Shown: piece by piece, positions 41,072 to 51,199 of the stretch
Position numbering within the stretch: position 1 is the first letter of the stretch
Layout of the letters: each line of letters starts with the position of its first letter
Origin: an uncultured cyanobacterium
Lineage (GTDB): Bacteria > Cyanobacteriota > Cyanobacteriia > Pseudanabaenales > Pseudanabaenaceae
Assembly (NCBI GenBank): GCA_963703315.1
Contig: OY969811.1
Coordinates: forward strand, 224,001 to 288,000
Length of the DNA stretch: 64,000 nt
Direction of reading: 5' to 3'
The notes under the pieces: generated by a model
The model's database searches: none
Told to the model about the DNA's origin: nothing
Seen by the model: the letters and a program-made list of their open reading frames with translations, nothing else
Translations under genes and position numbers: made by a program

Positions 41072-41150
41072 TAGAGCTGTCACCATTTACCTTAGGACAA
41101 ATTAAAACCCAATTAGCGAGTTGCGGCGCGAAAGCGCCGCAACTCGTCTT
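41072..41150. repeat. Family A miniature element, degenerate
   Basis: TAGAGC...CTTAGGACAAA...CGAGTTGCGGCGC-GAAA-GCGCCGCAACTCG. Confidence 0.65.
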
Positions 41151-41171
41151 CTAATATTGATGGAGAGCAAT

Positions 41172-41200
41172 GTAGGGATAACTCAATAAATTATCCCTAC
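41172..41200. repeat. GTAG-type REP-like palindrome
   Basis: GTAGGGATAA...TTATCCCTAC; relatives at 48679-48706, 43697-43730 and 14604-14630. Confidence 0.55.
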
Positions 41201-41257
41201 GTTAATGACGTATCGACATGAGTTAAAAGTTGCAATTTCGCCAATTTAATATTGACG

Positions 41258-41761
41258 TTATTCACATTCAAGGGTTTCACGGGTTAATCTACCAGTAGTA
41301 GGATTTTGTCCCTTGGCTATTTGACAGAGCTTTTGACGAATGGGAGCACGCAAATCCACATTCGTAAAGTCAGCACCATCAATAATTACATTGTTAAAGG
41401 ATGTACCGTAGGCAAAGGAACCCTCGATTACAGCATTGGTTAAGTTTGCCTTATCAAGGCGGGCATTATCAAGAGTGCTATAGCTGAGATTTGCACCTGT
41501 TAAGTTTGACTCTTTCATATTTGCTGCAAAAAAACTGACTCCTTGAGCATCAGCATTCACAAACGATGTATTTCGCAGATCGGATTCATTAAACTGATAA
41601 CCTTGAAGCGATCGCCCCGAAAAGTCGGCTCCTTCAAGGAAGGCTTTTACATATACATCAGCTAAAACGGATTGACCATCAAGCAGGATCAGCGCTAAGC
41701 ACAATAATAAACTGATGGCTTTGAAGATAAAATTGCGTAGGGTAAAAGCTGCGATTTTCAT
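41258..41761 (-). CDS. Exported/lumenal pentapeptide repeat protein
   Basis: Signal peptide, A(D/N)L pentapeptides, GQNPTTG..TRETLEC. Confidence 0.88.
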   Translation of the reverse strand: MKIAAFTLRNFIFKAISLLLCLALILLDGQSVLADVYVKAFLEGADFSGRSLQGYQFNESDLRNTSFVNADAQGVSFFAANMKESNLTGANLSYSTLDNARLDKANLTNAVIEGSFAYGTSFNNVIIDGADFTNVDLRAPIRQKLCQIAKGQNPTTGRLTRETLECE

Positions 41762-41825
41762 AATCTTAATTTATATATGTTAATGAGACTATCACAAGCC
41801 GTTATCTCCTTGTGAAATCAATCCT

Positions 41826-42221
41826 ATGACTAAACAAATAGGCGATCGCGGCGAAATATTAGTAGCCCAACTTCTGCAAGCAAATGGTTGGCGGATTTTA
41901 GAAACTCAGTGGCGTTGTCGTTGGGGAGAGTTGGATTTAATTGCTTGCGATCGCCAATGGTTATTATTTGTGGAAGTAAAAACTAGAAGCGATCGCAATT
42001 GGGATGCGGATGGTAGTCTGGCGATTACTTCCCAAAAACAAGCGAAGCTGATCAAAGCTGCATCGATATTTTTAGGTCAAAATCCTCACTTAGCCACACT
42101 TTCTTGTCGATTTGATGTTGCCTTAGTCCGACACACGCAAGCTAATTCCATAGATTCGCAAACTTCTCAAACTTCAAGTTTTTATCTACAAACATATATT
42201 GAACAAGCTTTCGTTGCCTAA
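41826..42221 (+). CDS. YraN-family putative endonuclease
   Basis: GDRGE, WGELDLIA, FVEVKTR, CRFDV. Confidence 0.9.
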   Translation: MTKQIGDRGEILVAQLLQANGWRILETQWRCRWGELDLIACDRQWLLFVEVKTRSDRNWDADGSLAITSQKQAKLIKAASIFLGQNPHLATLSCRFDVALVRHTQANSIDSQTSQTSSFYLQTYIEQAFVA

Positions 42222-42339
42222 TACCAATTCACAAAAGTGTTGGCACACTTTTGTGAATTAAAAACCAAACCCAATCAGGGTTTTCAAAACTAAAAATGGC
42301 TACGCCATTTTTAGTTTTGGTATATTTAGTTTTGGTATA
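42221..42339. repeat. Family B element, full copy with two hairpins and a duplicated right end
   Basis: ATACCAA...TTGGTAT termini; TTTAGTTTTGGTATA repeated in tandem. Confidence 0.75.
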
Positions 42340-42381
42340 AAAGAGAGTGATAGTGCTTCGCGCTATCACTCTCTTTTAGGT

Positions 42382-43683
42382 TTAGTGACTATGATGACAT
42401 TCCTTATAAAAACTTGATTGGTTCTGTTTAGACTCTGATAGATCTTGATCTAATAAACCTAAAGCTGCAATATATTTGGGAATTGCTTGATCAATGGTGT
42501 AGTGGAGTTCTAGTAACTTACGGGCATTTTTGCCTATTTTAGCTTGGATATCAGGATTTGAGGCGAGCCAGCAAATATAATCAGCTAATCCCTGTGCATC
42601 CCCATTCTCAAAACAGCAACCACAATCACCATCGGTCACCATTTCTCGGAGATAGTTATCTTGAGGACAAATTACCGCTACAGGTTTTTCCGCCGCTAAA
42701 ATTCCATACATTTTTGACGGGGCGATCGTATCACTGACGTTAGGCAAGACACTTACTAGCGAGAGGTCACAGGCTGTTAATGAAAATGGTAGTACTTCTC
42801 GATCTTGATAAGGTAATTGCATCACATTTGGTAAATCACCTAAAGCGATCGCCTCTTTAATAATTTGAGAACCAACCCCATTGCCAATAAATACAAATTT
42901 AATATCAGTCCGATCATTGAGTAACTGAGCGCATTTAAGAATGGTTTTACTATCATGACAGCGACCTAAATTACCTGAATACAGGACTACAAAACAATCA
43001 GTTAATCCATATTGTTTAGCAAACCAATTTTCGGATTTTGCGAGAGGGAGAATAAACTGAGGATCTGCCCAGCTATGAATGACATGGATTTTATCCGCAA
43101 GATTTTTGTTTTTCTGCACTATTAATTGTTTCATCGGTTCACTTAAAACAATTAATGATGTCGATCTTTCCCATATCTTCAGATTAACAAATTCCCAAAA
43201 TTTGACGATCCAATGATTAGATGCAACTACGCTTAAACGGACTGCAATTTCAGGATAAATGTCATAAATAATGCAGCTATAGGTATGTCCAAAAAACTTG
43301 TTATAAAACCAGCCAATTAATCCTAAAAATGGTGGTGCAGAAGTCAAGACTAAATGGGAGCCACGAATATCCTTATGCCGAAATTTAATCACGCATCGCA
43401 GTAAAAATAAAATACTGCTAACAGCTTTGCTACGGATGCGCTTAGACATCAAATGAATTGAGCCAGTGCGGCGAACAAATACACCATGACTATTCTCTTG
43501 ATGTTTTACATCCGTCTGTCTAAAGGCATATCCCGGCATTCCCGTAAACACACTGATATCAAATCCTGCCTGAGTTAAGGCAATCGCTAGGTCATAGATA
43601 AATTGCCCAGTGGCTGCATAGTCAGGCGGATAAAATTGAGTAATGATACTAATGCTAGGTTTTGAGATTTTCGTACTTGACAT
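42382..43683 (-). CDS. Glycosyltransferase family 4 (WcaI-like)
   Basis: QFYPPDYAATGQ, DIYPE, YSGNLGRCHD, PSKMYG. Confidence 0.9.
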   Translation of the reverse strand: MSSTKISKPSISIITQFYPPDYAATGQFIYDLAIALTQAGFDISVFTGMPGYAFRQTDVKHQENSHGVFVRRTGSIHLMSKRIRSKAVSSILFLLRCVIKFRHKDIRGSHLVLTSAPPFLGLIGWFYNKFFGHTYSCIIYDIYPEIAVRLSVVASNHWIVKFWEFVNLKIWERSTSLIVLSEPMKQLIVQKNKNLADKIHVIHSWADPQFILPLAKSENWFAKQYGLTDCFVVLYSGNLGRCHDSKTILKCAQLLNDRTDIKFVFIGNGVGSQIIKEAIALGDLPNVMQLPYQDREVLPFSLTACDLSLVSVLPNVSDTIAPSKMYGILAAEKPVAVICPQDNYLREMVTDGDCGCCFENGDAQGLADYICWLASNPDIQAKIGKNARKLLELHYTIDQAIPKYIAALGLLDQDLSESKQNQSSFYKECHHSH

Positions 43684-43727
43684 TATTTTGCCTAGGTGAG
43701 TAGTGGCAATTCATGAATTGCCACTAC

Positions 43728-44690
43728 TCACGAATCATTTAAGATTTTTATCGCAAAGCGATCGCCTGCCTCAATTAAAGCGCTCCGAATACCAGCCTCA
43801 GTCATGGAGTGACCAGCATCAGGTACAACAATAAACTCAGCTTCAGGCAAAGCTTGATGTAGTTGCCAAGCGGTAAACATCGGACAGACTACATCATAAC
43901 GACCTTGCACAATAACTGTGGGAATATGCCGAATGCGCTCAACATTCTTCAGCAGTTGATCTTCTGTTGTAAAAAATCCTTTATTCATGAAGTAATGACA
44001 CTCGATTCTTGCAAAAGCATCAGCAAAATCTTCTTTCCCAAATCGCTCAATTAGTTCTAAATCAGGTATCAGCTTACTAGTGCTGGCTTCCCATATTGAC
44101 CAAGCACGGGCGGCTTGCGATCGCACGGTATGGTCAGAACTAATTAGCCGACGATAGTAGGCAGATATCATATCGCCACGTTCCGCAAGGGGAATCAGGT
44201 CAACATATTGTTCCCAAGCTTCAGGAAAAATATAACCTGTCCCTTCTTGATAGAACCACGCTAGCTCTTTGGCTCTGAGCATAAAGATGCCCCGCAAAAT
44301 TAATGCTTGGCAATAATCAGGATGAGTTTCACTATAGGCAAGGGCTAAGGTACTGCCCCAACTACCACCTGATACTACCCAGCGATCGATGTGGAGATAT
44401 TTCCGCAAAGTCTCAATATCGGCGACTAAATGCCATGTTGTATTTTCCTCAAGTTCCGCATGGGGAGTACTTTTGCCGCAGCCCCTCTGATCAAACTGGA
44501 CAATTCGCCACAGGTTTGGATCAAAGTACTGCCGATAAATAGGTTGACTACCGCCCCCTGGTCCACCGTGCAGAATTACGACTGGTTTACCTTGGGGATT
44601 ACCTGATTCTTCAAAATAAATTGTATGTAGCTCGGAGACTTGGAGAAAACCTTGTCGATATGGCTCGATCGCTGGATATAGTTCGCGCAT
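43728..44690 (-). CDS. pip: Proline iminopeptidase
   Basis: HGGPGG, FDQRGCG, GGSWG, GRYDVVCP, AGHS. Confidence 0.95.
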   Translation of the reverse strand: MRELYPAIEPYRQGFLQVSELHTIYFEESGNPQGKPVVILHGGPGGGSQPIYRQYFDPNLWRIVQFDQRGCGKSTPHAELEENTTWHLVADIETLRKYLHIDRWVVSGGSWGSTLALAYSETHPDYCQALILRGIFMLRAKELAWFYQEGTGYIFPEAWEQYVDLIPLAERGDMISAYYRRLISSDHTVRSQAARAWSIWEASTSKLIPDLELIERFGKEDFADAFARIECHYFMNKGFFTTEDQLLKNVERIRHIPTVIVQGRYDVVCPMFTAWQLHQALPEAEFIVVPDAGHSMTEAGIRSALIEAGDRFAIKILNDS

Positions 44691-44768
44691 AGAACTGTGG
44701 TAGGTGATGGAAATGCATAATATACCTAAAAAAGAAGCAGCGCACAGCGCTGCTTCTTTTCTTTAGGT

Positions 44769-45548
44769 TTACAAATGACTTTCACTGCGTAACATACTTT
44801 TATAGGCAAGCCAACCTGAGGCGATCGCCACACCAAAAAATCCTATTAAAAATCTGATATGCAAAATCATATCTGGACTAGTGATAGCTTTGCTATTAGT
44901 AGAGAGAGCGGTGAAGGCTTCACTCATGTGATAGACAGGATTAAATTGCGTAATCAAGAGCAAGTCTTTTGATAAAAAAGTGGTCGGAAAAAATGCACCT
45001 CCTAAAATCAGGAGCGGTACACCCACCCCTGCCACCAGAGAATTAACATCTTCGGCTCTACGGGCAAAATTGGTCGCAAGCACAAACCCCATCCCCACAT
45101 AGGAGCCAATACTTGCCAAAATCACCAAAATTCCTAATGCGATCGATCCACTAAAGCGCACATCCCAAAACGCAGCGATCGTATAAATAATCAGGGTTTG
45201 CCCGATCCCGATCGCCGCATAGGCGAAGAAAATACCCAAGAAATAAGACACTCCATGGATCGGAGAAATGAGTAACCGTTTAATCGTTAGGCTCTCTCGC
45301 TCAGAGACAATCGTAGACATAGTGCCGCCTAGACAGCTAAAAAATAAGGCTGAGCCGATTAAAGTCGCAGGAGCCGCTAATTTAAATGATTCAACAGTGG
45401 TAATTTTTGAGCCTTCAGCTAGCACTAAGCCATTTAGTAACAGCATTGATACGGGAAAGATCACCCATAGGAGCAAAGTGCGATATGTCCGAAATAATTC
45501 TAGTAAGATACGTCGCCCGATCGCGATCGCTTCATATCCATAATTCAT
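44769..45548 (-). CDS. ABC-2 type transporter permease
   Basis: Six TM helices, IVSERESLTIKRLLISP, NPVYH. Confidence 0.85.
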   Translation of the reverse strand: MNYGYEAIAIGRRILLELFRTYRTLLLWVIFPVSMLLLNGLVLAEGSKITTVESFKLAAPATLIGSALFFSCLGGTMSTIVSERESLTIKRLLISPIHGVSYFLGIFFAYAAIGIGQTLIIYTIAAFWDVRFSGSIALGILVILASIGSYVGMGFVLATNFARRAEDVNSLVAGVGVPLLILGGAFFPTTFLSKDLLLITQFNPVYHMSEAFTALSTNSKAITSPDMILHIRFLIGFFGVAIASGWLAYKSMLRSESHL

Positions 45549-45650
45549 GTAAGCTTTTCAGTGATTTAGTGCAATTATTAAGCTGAGGAATTATAAATTT
45601 CCCTTGCTTATAGTACGTCCAAGATAGAACTTATCACTCTAATTATTACT

Positions 45651-46718
45651 GTGTTAAACGGCAGGTCTACCTTTAGTAAATATCTAAAACGCATTGCCAT
45701 TGCCGCAGTTGCGATTTATCTTGCCTTTCGTTTGCAGCAAACTTTGCAGTTATTACTGACTAGTATATTTTTAGCGGGAGCGATCACTCCCATTGTTGAA
45801 CAAATAACTAGCTTTAAAGTCAGGATCAGTGGCAAAAAATTAAGATTAAACCGTGTTTGGGCAGTTGTTTTACTTTATCTACTGTTATTTGTGGTGATAG
45901 TGTTAGCGATCGCCCCAGCACCGCAAATCATCCTTGAGCTTGGTCAATTCTTTATTAAGCTTCCTAATTTATTAGAGCAAATTCAACTGCCTAAAGGTGG
46001 CTTATTTAATCTTAATCAGGAACAACTCAACCGCATTTTACAAACCCAGCCCTTAATCGATCAGGCTCAAAATTTTGGTAAAGAAATAGTTAGCCAAACC
46101 TTTGGGTTTACTTTACAAATTTTTAATGCGATCGGGGTTGGCATTTTAAGCTTGTTGCTTGCGGCTTATATGGTGGTTAATTCCGATAGTCTACTCCGCA
46201 GGTGCTTACGTCCTTTTTCTAAGGAAGTTCGCCAAGAAATCGAAACCTTGATTTCCCCCATTACGAAATGTCTAGGGGCTTATGTGGTGGGGCGTGTCGG
46301 TACTTCTAGCTTACTGGGATTCTGTACTTATTTAACGCTGTCGATCTTTGGCATTCCCTTTGCAGGAGCATTAGGTTTATTAACGGCGATCGCTAATTTA
46401 ATTCCCTATATTGGTGGTTTAGTTACCCTAGTCGCCATTTTTATCGCTGCATGGGGTGTTGAGTTTAATCAAGGAGCGATCGCTATATTTATTTGTTTTG
46501 CCTTGCAACAGATCGAAGCTTTTATTCTCCAACCTTGGCTAGTTGCACCATACTTAAACCTTGATCCTTTCGAGCTTTTGTTATCAATTATTGTTGGTGC
46601 TGAACTGCTCGGCGTAGTTGGCGCGATTATTGCCCCACCGATCGCTGGTACTAGCAGAATCATCTTCAATCACTTTGCTGCTAAATCTTCTAACTCAGAC
46701 TCCAATCTAGAGCAGTAA
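45651..46718 (+). CDS. AI-2E family transporter
   Basis: NLIPYIG, LQQIEAFILQP, GAIIAPP. Confidence 0.88.
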   Translation: MLNGRSTFSKYLKRIAIAAVAIYLAFRLQQTLQLLLTSIFLAGAITPIVEQITSFKVRISGKKLRLNRVWAVVLLYLLLFVVIVLAIAPAPQIILELGQFFIKLPNLLEQIQLPKGGLFNLNQEQLNRILQTQPLIDQAQNFGKEIVSQTFGFTLQIFNAIGVGILSLLLAAYMVVNSDSLLRRCLRPFSKEVRQEIETLISPITKCLGAYVVGRVGTSSLLGFCTYLTLSIFGIPFAGALGLLTAIANLIPYIGGLVTLVAIFIAAWGVEFNQGAIAIFICFALQQIEAFILQPWLVAPYLNLDPFELLLSIIVGAELLGVVGAIIAPPIAGTSRIIFNHFAAKSSNSDSNLEQ

Positions 46719-46739
46719 AAGAGTGCTTTGCGCCCTTGT

Positions 46740-47024
46740 TTAGTAGACCTGAATCCATTCATGGATTTCGTAATCTGTCCAAATGCCATTCTGCCAATAA
46801 ACATCAGACTCAAATAACTGACGAGCCGACTCAAGATCTGGAGCGATATACACTGCAAAAACTTTGGTGACATCTTGGGTCGGACCAATTAGCTGTAACT
46901 TCCCTGATGCATACAATTCCTTGAGATTATTAAGATGGGCTTCACGAAAGGGGACTCGTTTTTCTAAAACGTTTTCACAATAACTGCCCCACACGGCAAA
47001 TTTCTTATTAATTTCGGTACTCAA
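46740..47024 (-). CDS. YciI-family protein
   Basis: KRVPFREAHL, IGPT, DVYWQNGIW. Confidence 0.85.
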   Translation of the reverse strand: MSTEINKKFAVWGSYCENVLEKRVPFREAHLNNLKELYASGKLQLIGPTQDVTKVFAVYIAPDLESARQLFESDVYWQNGIWTDYEIHEWIQVY

Positions 47025-47135
47025 TTTCCTATCAATCCCTATAGAAATAAATTAATTATCCTCAAATAATATAGCCATTGACGCAAAAAGGAGAGGCGAT
47101 GCTTTGCATCACCTCTCCTTTTTATATAGAGCAAA

Positions 47136-47309
47136 TTAATTAAAAAACAAGCGATCAACGATCAAAGCAACAGCAGTTGCAAAAACAGTTACACCAACTG
47201 CAACAAAAATATTTTGACCTTGGCTAACACTAAAGCAAGCAACTGCACCTGCACCCAAACCTGCTGTAACTACGGCAACTACAGGATCTTTAGTTGAATT
47301 ATTGTACAT
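47136..47309 (-). CDS. Small two-TM membrane protein, 57 aa (not in ORF track)
   Basis: Manual translation MYNNSTKDPVVAVVTAGLGAGAVACFSVSQGQNIFVAVGVTVFATAVALIVDRLFFN; followed by a hairpin at 47085-47123. Confidence 0.65.
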   Translation of the reverse strand: MYNNSTKDPVVAVVTAGLGAGAVACFSVSQGQNIFVAVGVTVFATAVALIVDRLFFN

Positions 47310-47599
47310 TTTATAAAATACCGACTAAATAAAAATTTTTGATGCTTAATAACTGCTAGCTTACAGCCGCGATCCCAGAGCGTTAGTAGTTCTCAATAAT
47401 TCTTCTTGCGAACCAGTATTTTTGTAATATTCAGCAACAATTGAAATAAAAAGACAGCATGAAGCGCTGTCTTTTTATTTCAGGTTGTCCCACTGTCTCT
47501 AGATAGATATCGCGATCGCTGATATCGCCTACCAAAAGTTGTCACCAAATATCTGTTAGATTTATATATGTTTACAAAGTCAATTTAATAAAAAATTTT

Positions 47600-48553
47600 A
47601 TGAGCTTACTGATCGTTGGTGCGACAGGTACACTAGGTCGTCAAATCACCCGTCACGCACTAGATCGGGGGCTGAAAGTCAAGTGTTTTGTCCGTTACCC
47701 AAAAAAAGCTGGATTTCTTAGAGAATGGGGCGCAGATCTAGTAGCAGGAAACCTAAATAACGTTGAAAGTATCAATGACGCACTCGAAGGAGTCACTGAA
47801 GTTATTGACGCAGCTACAACTCGCGCTACTGGCTCTCAGAGAATTAGAGATGTCGATTGGTTGGGCAAAGTTTCACTGATCCAAGCCGCCGAGCGTGCAA
47901 AGATTCAGCGCTTTGTATTTTTCTCGATCCTCAATGCTGAAAAATATCCCAATGTCCCCCTAATGGACATCAAAACCTGTACCGAAAAGTTTCTAGCATC
48001 TACAGATCTCAACTACACCATTCTTAAGCCCTGTGGATTTTACCAAAACTTAATCGGTGAATATGCGATCCCCATCCTCGAAAATCAGACGATCTGGATT
48101 GGTGGCGAATCATCACCGATCGCCTACATGAATACTCAAGATATCGCCAAGTTTGCAGTTAATGCACTGACTGTGACAGAAACTGAGCGTAAATCCTTCG
48201 CGATCGCAGGTCCGAAAGCATGGCAACCTAGCGAAATCATCAAACTCTGCGAAAGAATGTCAGGACGTACTCGCAGGACTGCGAATATGCCTATTGGTTT
48301 ATTGAGATTTGTCCGCAAAGTTGCTCTCGGTTTTGAATTTGGTTGGAGTTTTGCGGAACGCATGGCTTATGCAGATGTTCTCGCTAGTGGTATTCCTCTA
48401 GATGCCGATATGACGGAGACCTACAAAATCTTTGGTCTCCAAGAAGAAGACATGACCACATTGGAATCCTATATGCAGGAATACTTCAGCCGTATTCTCA
48501 AAAAACTGAAGGAGCTAGATTATAAAGAACCTAAAATTAAAGCTCCTTTTTAA
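47600..48553 (+). CDS. ycf39: Ycf39 atypical SDR (PSII assembly)
   Basis: MSLLIVGATGTLGRQI, FLREWGA, VPLMDIK, AYMNTQDIAKF. Confidence 0.9.
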   Translation: MSLLIVGATGTLGRQITRHALDRGLKVKCFVRYPKKAGFLREWGADLVAGNLNNVESINDALEGVTEVIDAATTRATGSQRIRDVDWLGKVSLIQAAERAKIQRFVFFSILNAEKYPNVPLMDIKTCTEKFLASTDLNYTILKPCGFYQNLIGEYAIPILENQTIWIGGESSPIAYMNTQDIAKFAVNALTVTETERKSFAIAGPKAWQPSEIIKLCERMSGRTRRTANMPIGLLRFVRKVALGFEFGWSFAERMAYADVLASGIPLDADMTETYKIFGLQEEDMTTLESYMQEYFSRILKKLKELDYKEPKIKAPF

Positions 48554-48559
48554 GTAGCA

Positions 48560-48632
48560 GGGAAGTACGGGATTGTTTCCCCGCCTTCGGCGGGGAAACA
48601 ATCCCGTACTTTGTTTGCTTGAAAAGCTCTAG
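48560..48632. repeat. Family C palindromic repeat
   Basis: AAGTACGGGATTGTTTCCCCGCC-TTC-GGCGGGGAAACAATCCCGTACTT. Confidence 0.75.
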
Positions 48633-48794
48633 AAATCAAGATATCTTCTTTCTAGGTTTGCTACTATTGAGTAGAAATGTAGGGGCAATTCATGAATTAC
48701 CCCTACGGTAAAACAAGGGCTTCACGGCATTTTTGCATAAGTTCTATTCTCAATAACTTCCAATTGAACAAGTGGTAACTAATAACTAATTTTT

Positions 48795-49094
48795 ATGAGC
48801 AAAACACCATTAGACGCTTTCTTTATTGGTAGAGCCACTGCTGAAGCAGTAATTGATCGCATTGAACATACTATAACTGATACACTCAGCGCCCTCGGCA
48901 AATTTGATGCTGAACAAAAAGAGCAAATTCGCATCTTTGTGGAAACAGTTCTTGAAAAAGCCGAACAACAAAAAGGAACTGTCACAACTGAGGATAGTGA
49001 AATTGCTCCTGATGAATTGCAAGAAACTATTGATAATCTCCGCGCTGAAATTGCTCAATTAAAATCTGAGTTGCAACAATATCGCGATCGCTAA
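48795..49094 (+). CDS. Conserved cyanobacterial coiled-coil protein (DUF6825-like)
   Basis: AFFIGRA, LGKFDAEQ, LQETIDNLRAEIAQL. Confidence 0.75.
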   Translation: MSKTPLDAFFIGRATAEAVIDRIEHTITDTLSALGKFDAEQKEQIRIFVETVLEKAEQQKGTVTTEDSEIAPDELQETIDNLRAEIAQLKSELQQYRDR

Positions 49095-49143
49095 AAACAA
49101 ATACAAACAAAAAAAGCCTCGCTTTGCGAGGCTTTTTTTTGTT

Positions 49144-50781
49144 CTAACGTAGTGAAGGCGATGCCTTTGGAGAAAAAGTAGAGTTCGGTGACGAATTAGG
49201 ACTTGGAGTATTCGTGGTGGATGTTGTCCGAGGTGATGCACTAGGTGAACTAGTGGGAGAAGCACTAGGTGAACTAGCGGGAGAAGCACTAGGTGAAGTT
49301 GTAGCTGTAGGCTTAGCCTGTGCTGGCTCCACTTTTTGCTTGTCTCCCAAAATGCTAGGACTACCATCATCAAACACACCCGCAATACAAGAGATCATCA
49401 AAGTTGCTAGTGTGCCGACAAATAAAGCCTTCCAACCCAGATCAGAAATATCACGACGACGGGATGGGATCAAGGCGATCGTGCCACCAACGAAAATTCC
49501 TACCGATGCTAAATGGGCAAAACCAGATAACGCATAACTAACAATGATGACTGTGCGATCGCTAATTAACCCATCTTTAGAAGCTTGAGCCAAAGCTTGA
49601 TAGGGTGGGATCGCGGTCTCCAACAAGCGCCGACCAATAATTACAGAGGCTGTCCAAGAATCATCCAACGATACACCCGTCAGCAAAGTCAAAGGATAAA
49701 ACAAAGCGCCTTGAATATTTGGCAAATTAATTACTTTGAAAATATCGCTGATAGTTGCCAACCAACCAAAAATTTGATTGATTAAATCAACTAAACCCAC
49801 GATTAAAATCAAAATTGCGGCGATCGAAGCCGCCATTTTCAATCCATCCAAAGCGCCGATAATCGTGGCATCCATCGGACTCATGCGCTTCATGGTTTCG
49901 CCACCCGCATTTTCTAGTTCGCCCTCTTCATCGGATGTTGACGATTTTTCTTCCTTGGGAATTCCACCCATTGTTAGAGGTACACCTGTCTCAGGCACAA
50001 GAATTTTAGACAAGACAAAACAAGCGGGGATCGCAATAATTGAGGCGGATACTAAGTGACCAAGAATATTTGGAAAAACAGGGCGCAAAAAGCTGACATA
50101 AATCGCCAATGTTGAAGAAGCTGCTGTCCCAAAGCAACAAGCTAAAATTGCACATAGCTCGCTACGGGTCATTTTGGGTAGATAAGGCTTGACCACGATC
50201 GCCGCCTCAATACCCACAAAAATATTGGCTGCACCGCTCAACGCTTCTGCACCACTCAAACGCATTGTCCAGAAAAATAGCTTGGCAAATATATTGACAA
50301 TGATTTGAATGATCCCCAAATTTTCTAATAGTGCCATTAAACCTGAGAAGAAAACTACCGCAGGCAAAGCCCTAAAAGCAAACACATAAGCTAAACGGTT
50401 AGTTGTGCAGTAATTTGCAGCAGCATTCGCCACACTGGTCAGGTCATCTAATAAAACCTGCCCAGGTGGACAAGTACCATTAGGGCTTAGTGGCAATAAT
50501 GCATAAGGCTCTTGTCCTGTAGGTGGGACAAGCAAACGTCCAAATACAAATCTTGCACCAGTATCTGCCGATGCAAAGATGCCATCTAGCAGACCACTAA
50601 ACCATCGTAAACCTTCTCTAGTTTGGGGCTGCTGAAACACTAGATAGCCTAGTACTAACTGCAAGCCAATTCCCCAAATAATGACACGCCAAGGAATGAC
50701 TCGCCGATCCTCAGAAAAGATCCAAGCTACAAAGCACAAACCAAAAATGCCGAAAAAAGAAACAAAATTCAGGTAAGTCAT
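49144..50781 (-). CDS. NupC/CNT-family nucleoside transporter with Ser/Pro/Thr tail
   Basis: FAFRALP, ANIFVGIEA, MTRSEL, YALSGFAH. Confidence 0.9.
   Translation of the reverse strand: MTYLNFVSFFGIFGLCFVAWIFSEDRRVIPWRVIIWGIGLQLVLGYLVFQQPQTREGLRWFSGLLDGIFASADTGARFVFGRLLVPPTGQEPYALLPLSPNGTCPPGQVLLDDLTSVANAAANYCTTNRLAYVFAFRALPAVVFFSGLMALLENLGIIQIIVNIFAKLFFWTMRLSGAEALSGAANIFVGIEAAIVVKPYLPKMTRSELCAILACCFGTAASSTLAIYVSFLRPVFPNILGHLVSASIIAIPACFVLSKILVPETGVPLTMGGIPKEEKSSTSDEEGELENAGGETMKRMSPMDATIIGALDGLKMAASIAAILILIVGLVDLINQIFGWLATISDIFKVINLPNIQGALFYPLTLLTGVSLDDSWTASVIIGRRLLETAIPPYQALAQASKDGLISDRTVIIVSYALSGFAHLASVGIFVGGTIALIPSRRRDISDLGWKALFVGTLATLMISCIAGVFDDGSPSILGDKQKVEPAQAKPTATTSPSASPASSPSASPTSSPSASPRTTSTTNTPSPNSSPNSTFSPKASPSLR
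49238..49297. repeat. 24-bp coding tandem repeat (2.5 copies) encoding SSPSASP(T/A)
   Basis: GCACTAGGTGAACTAG(T/C)GGGAGAA units. Confidence 0.85.
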
Positions 50782-50902
50782 TGGCGTTTGACGGTGAGAT
50801 TAATCAAAGATTAAAAAGTAAATTGGTTTTACGCTTGCAAAATCTAATCAAAATGTTACGATGATAAATGCTTTAAACCATGTCATTTCGCTAAAGGAAT
50901 AA

Positions 50903-51199
<297 letters not shown>

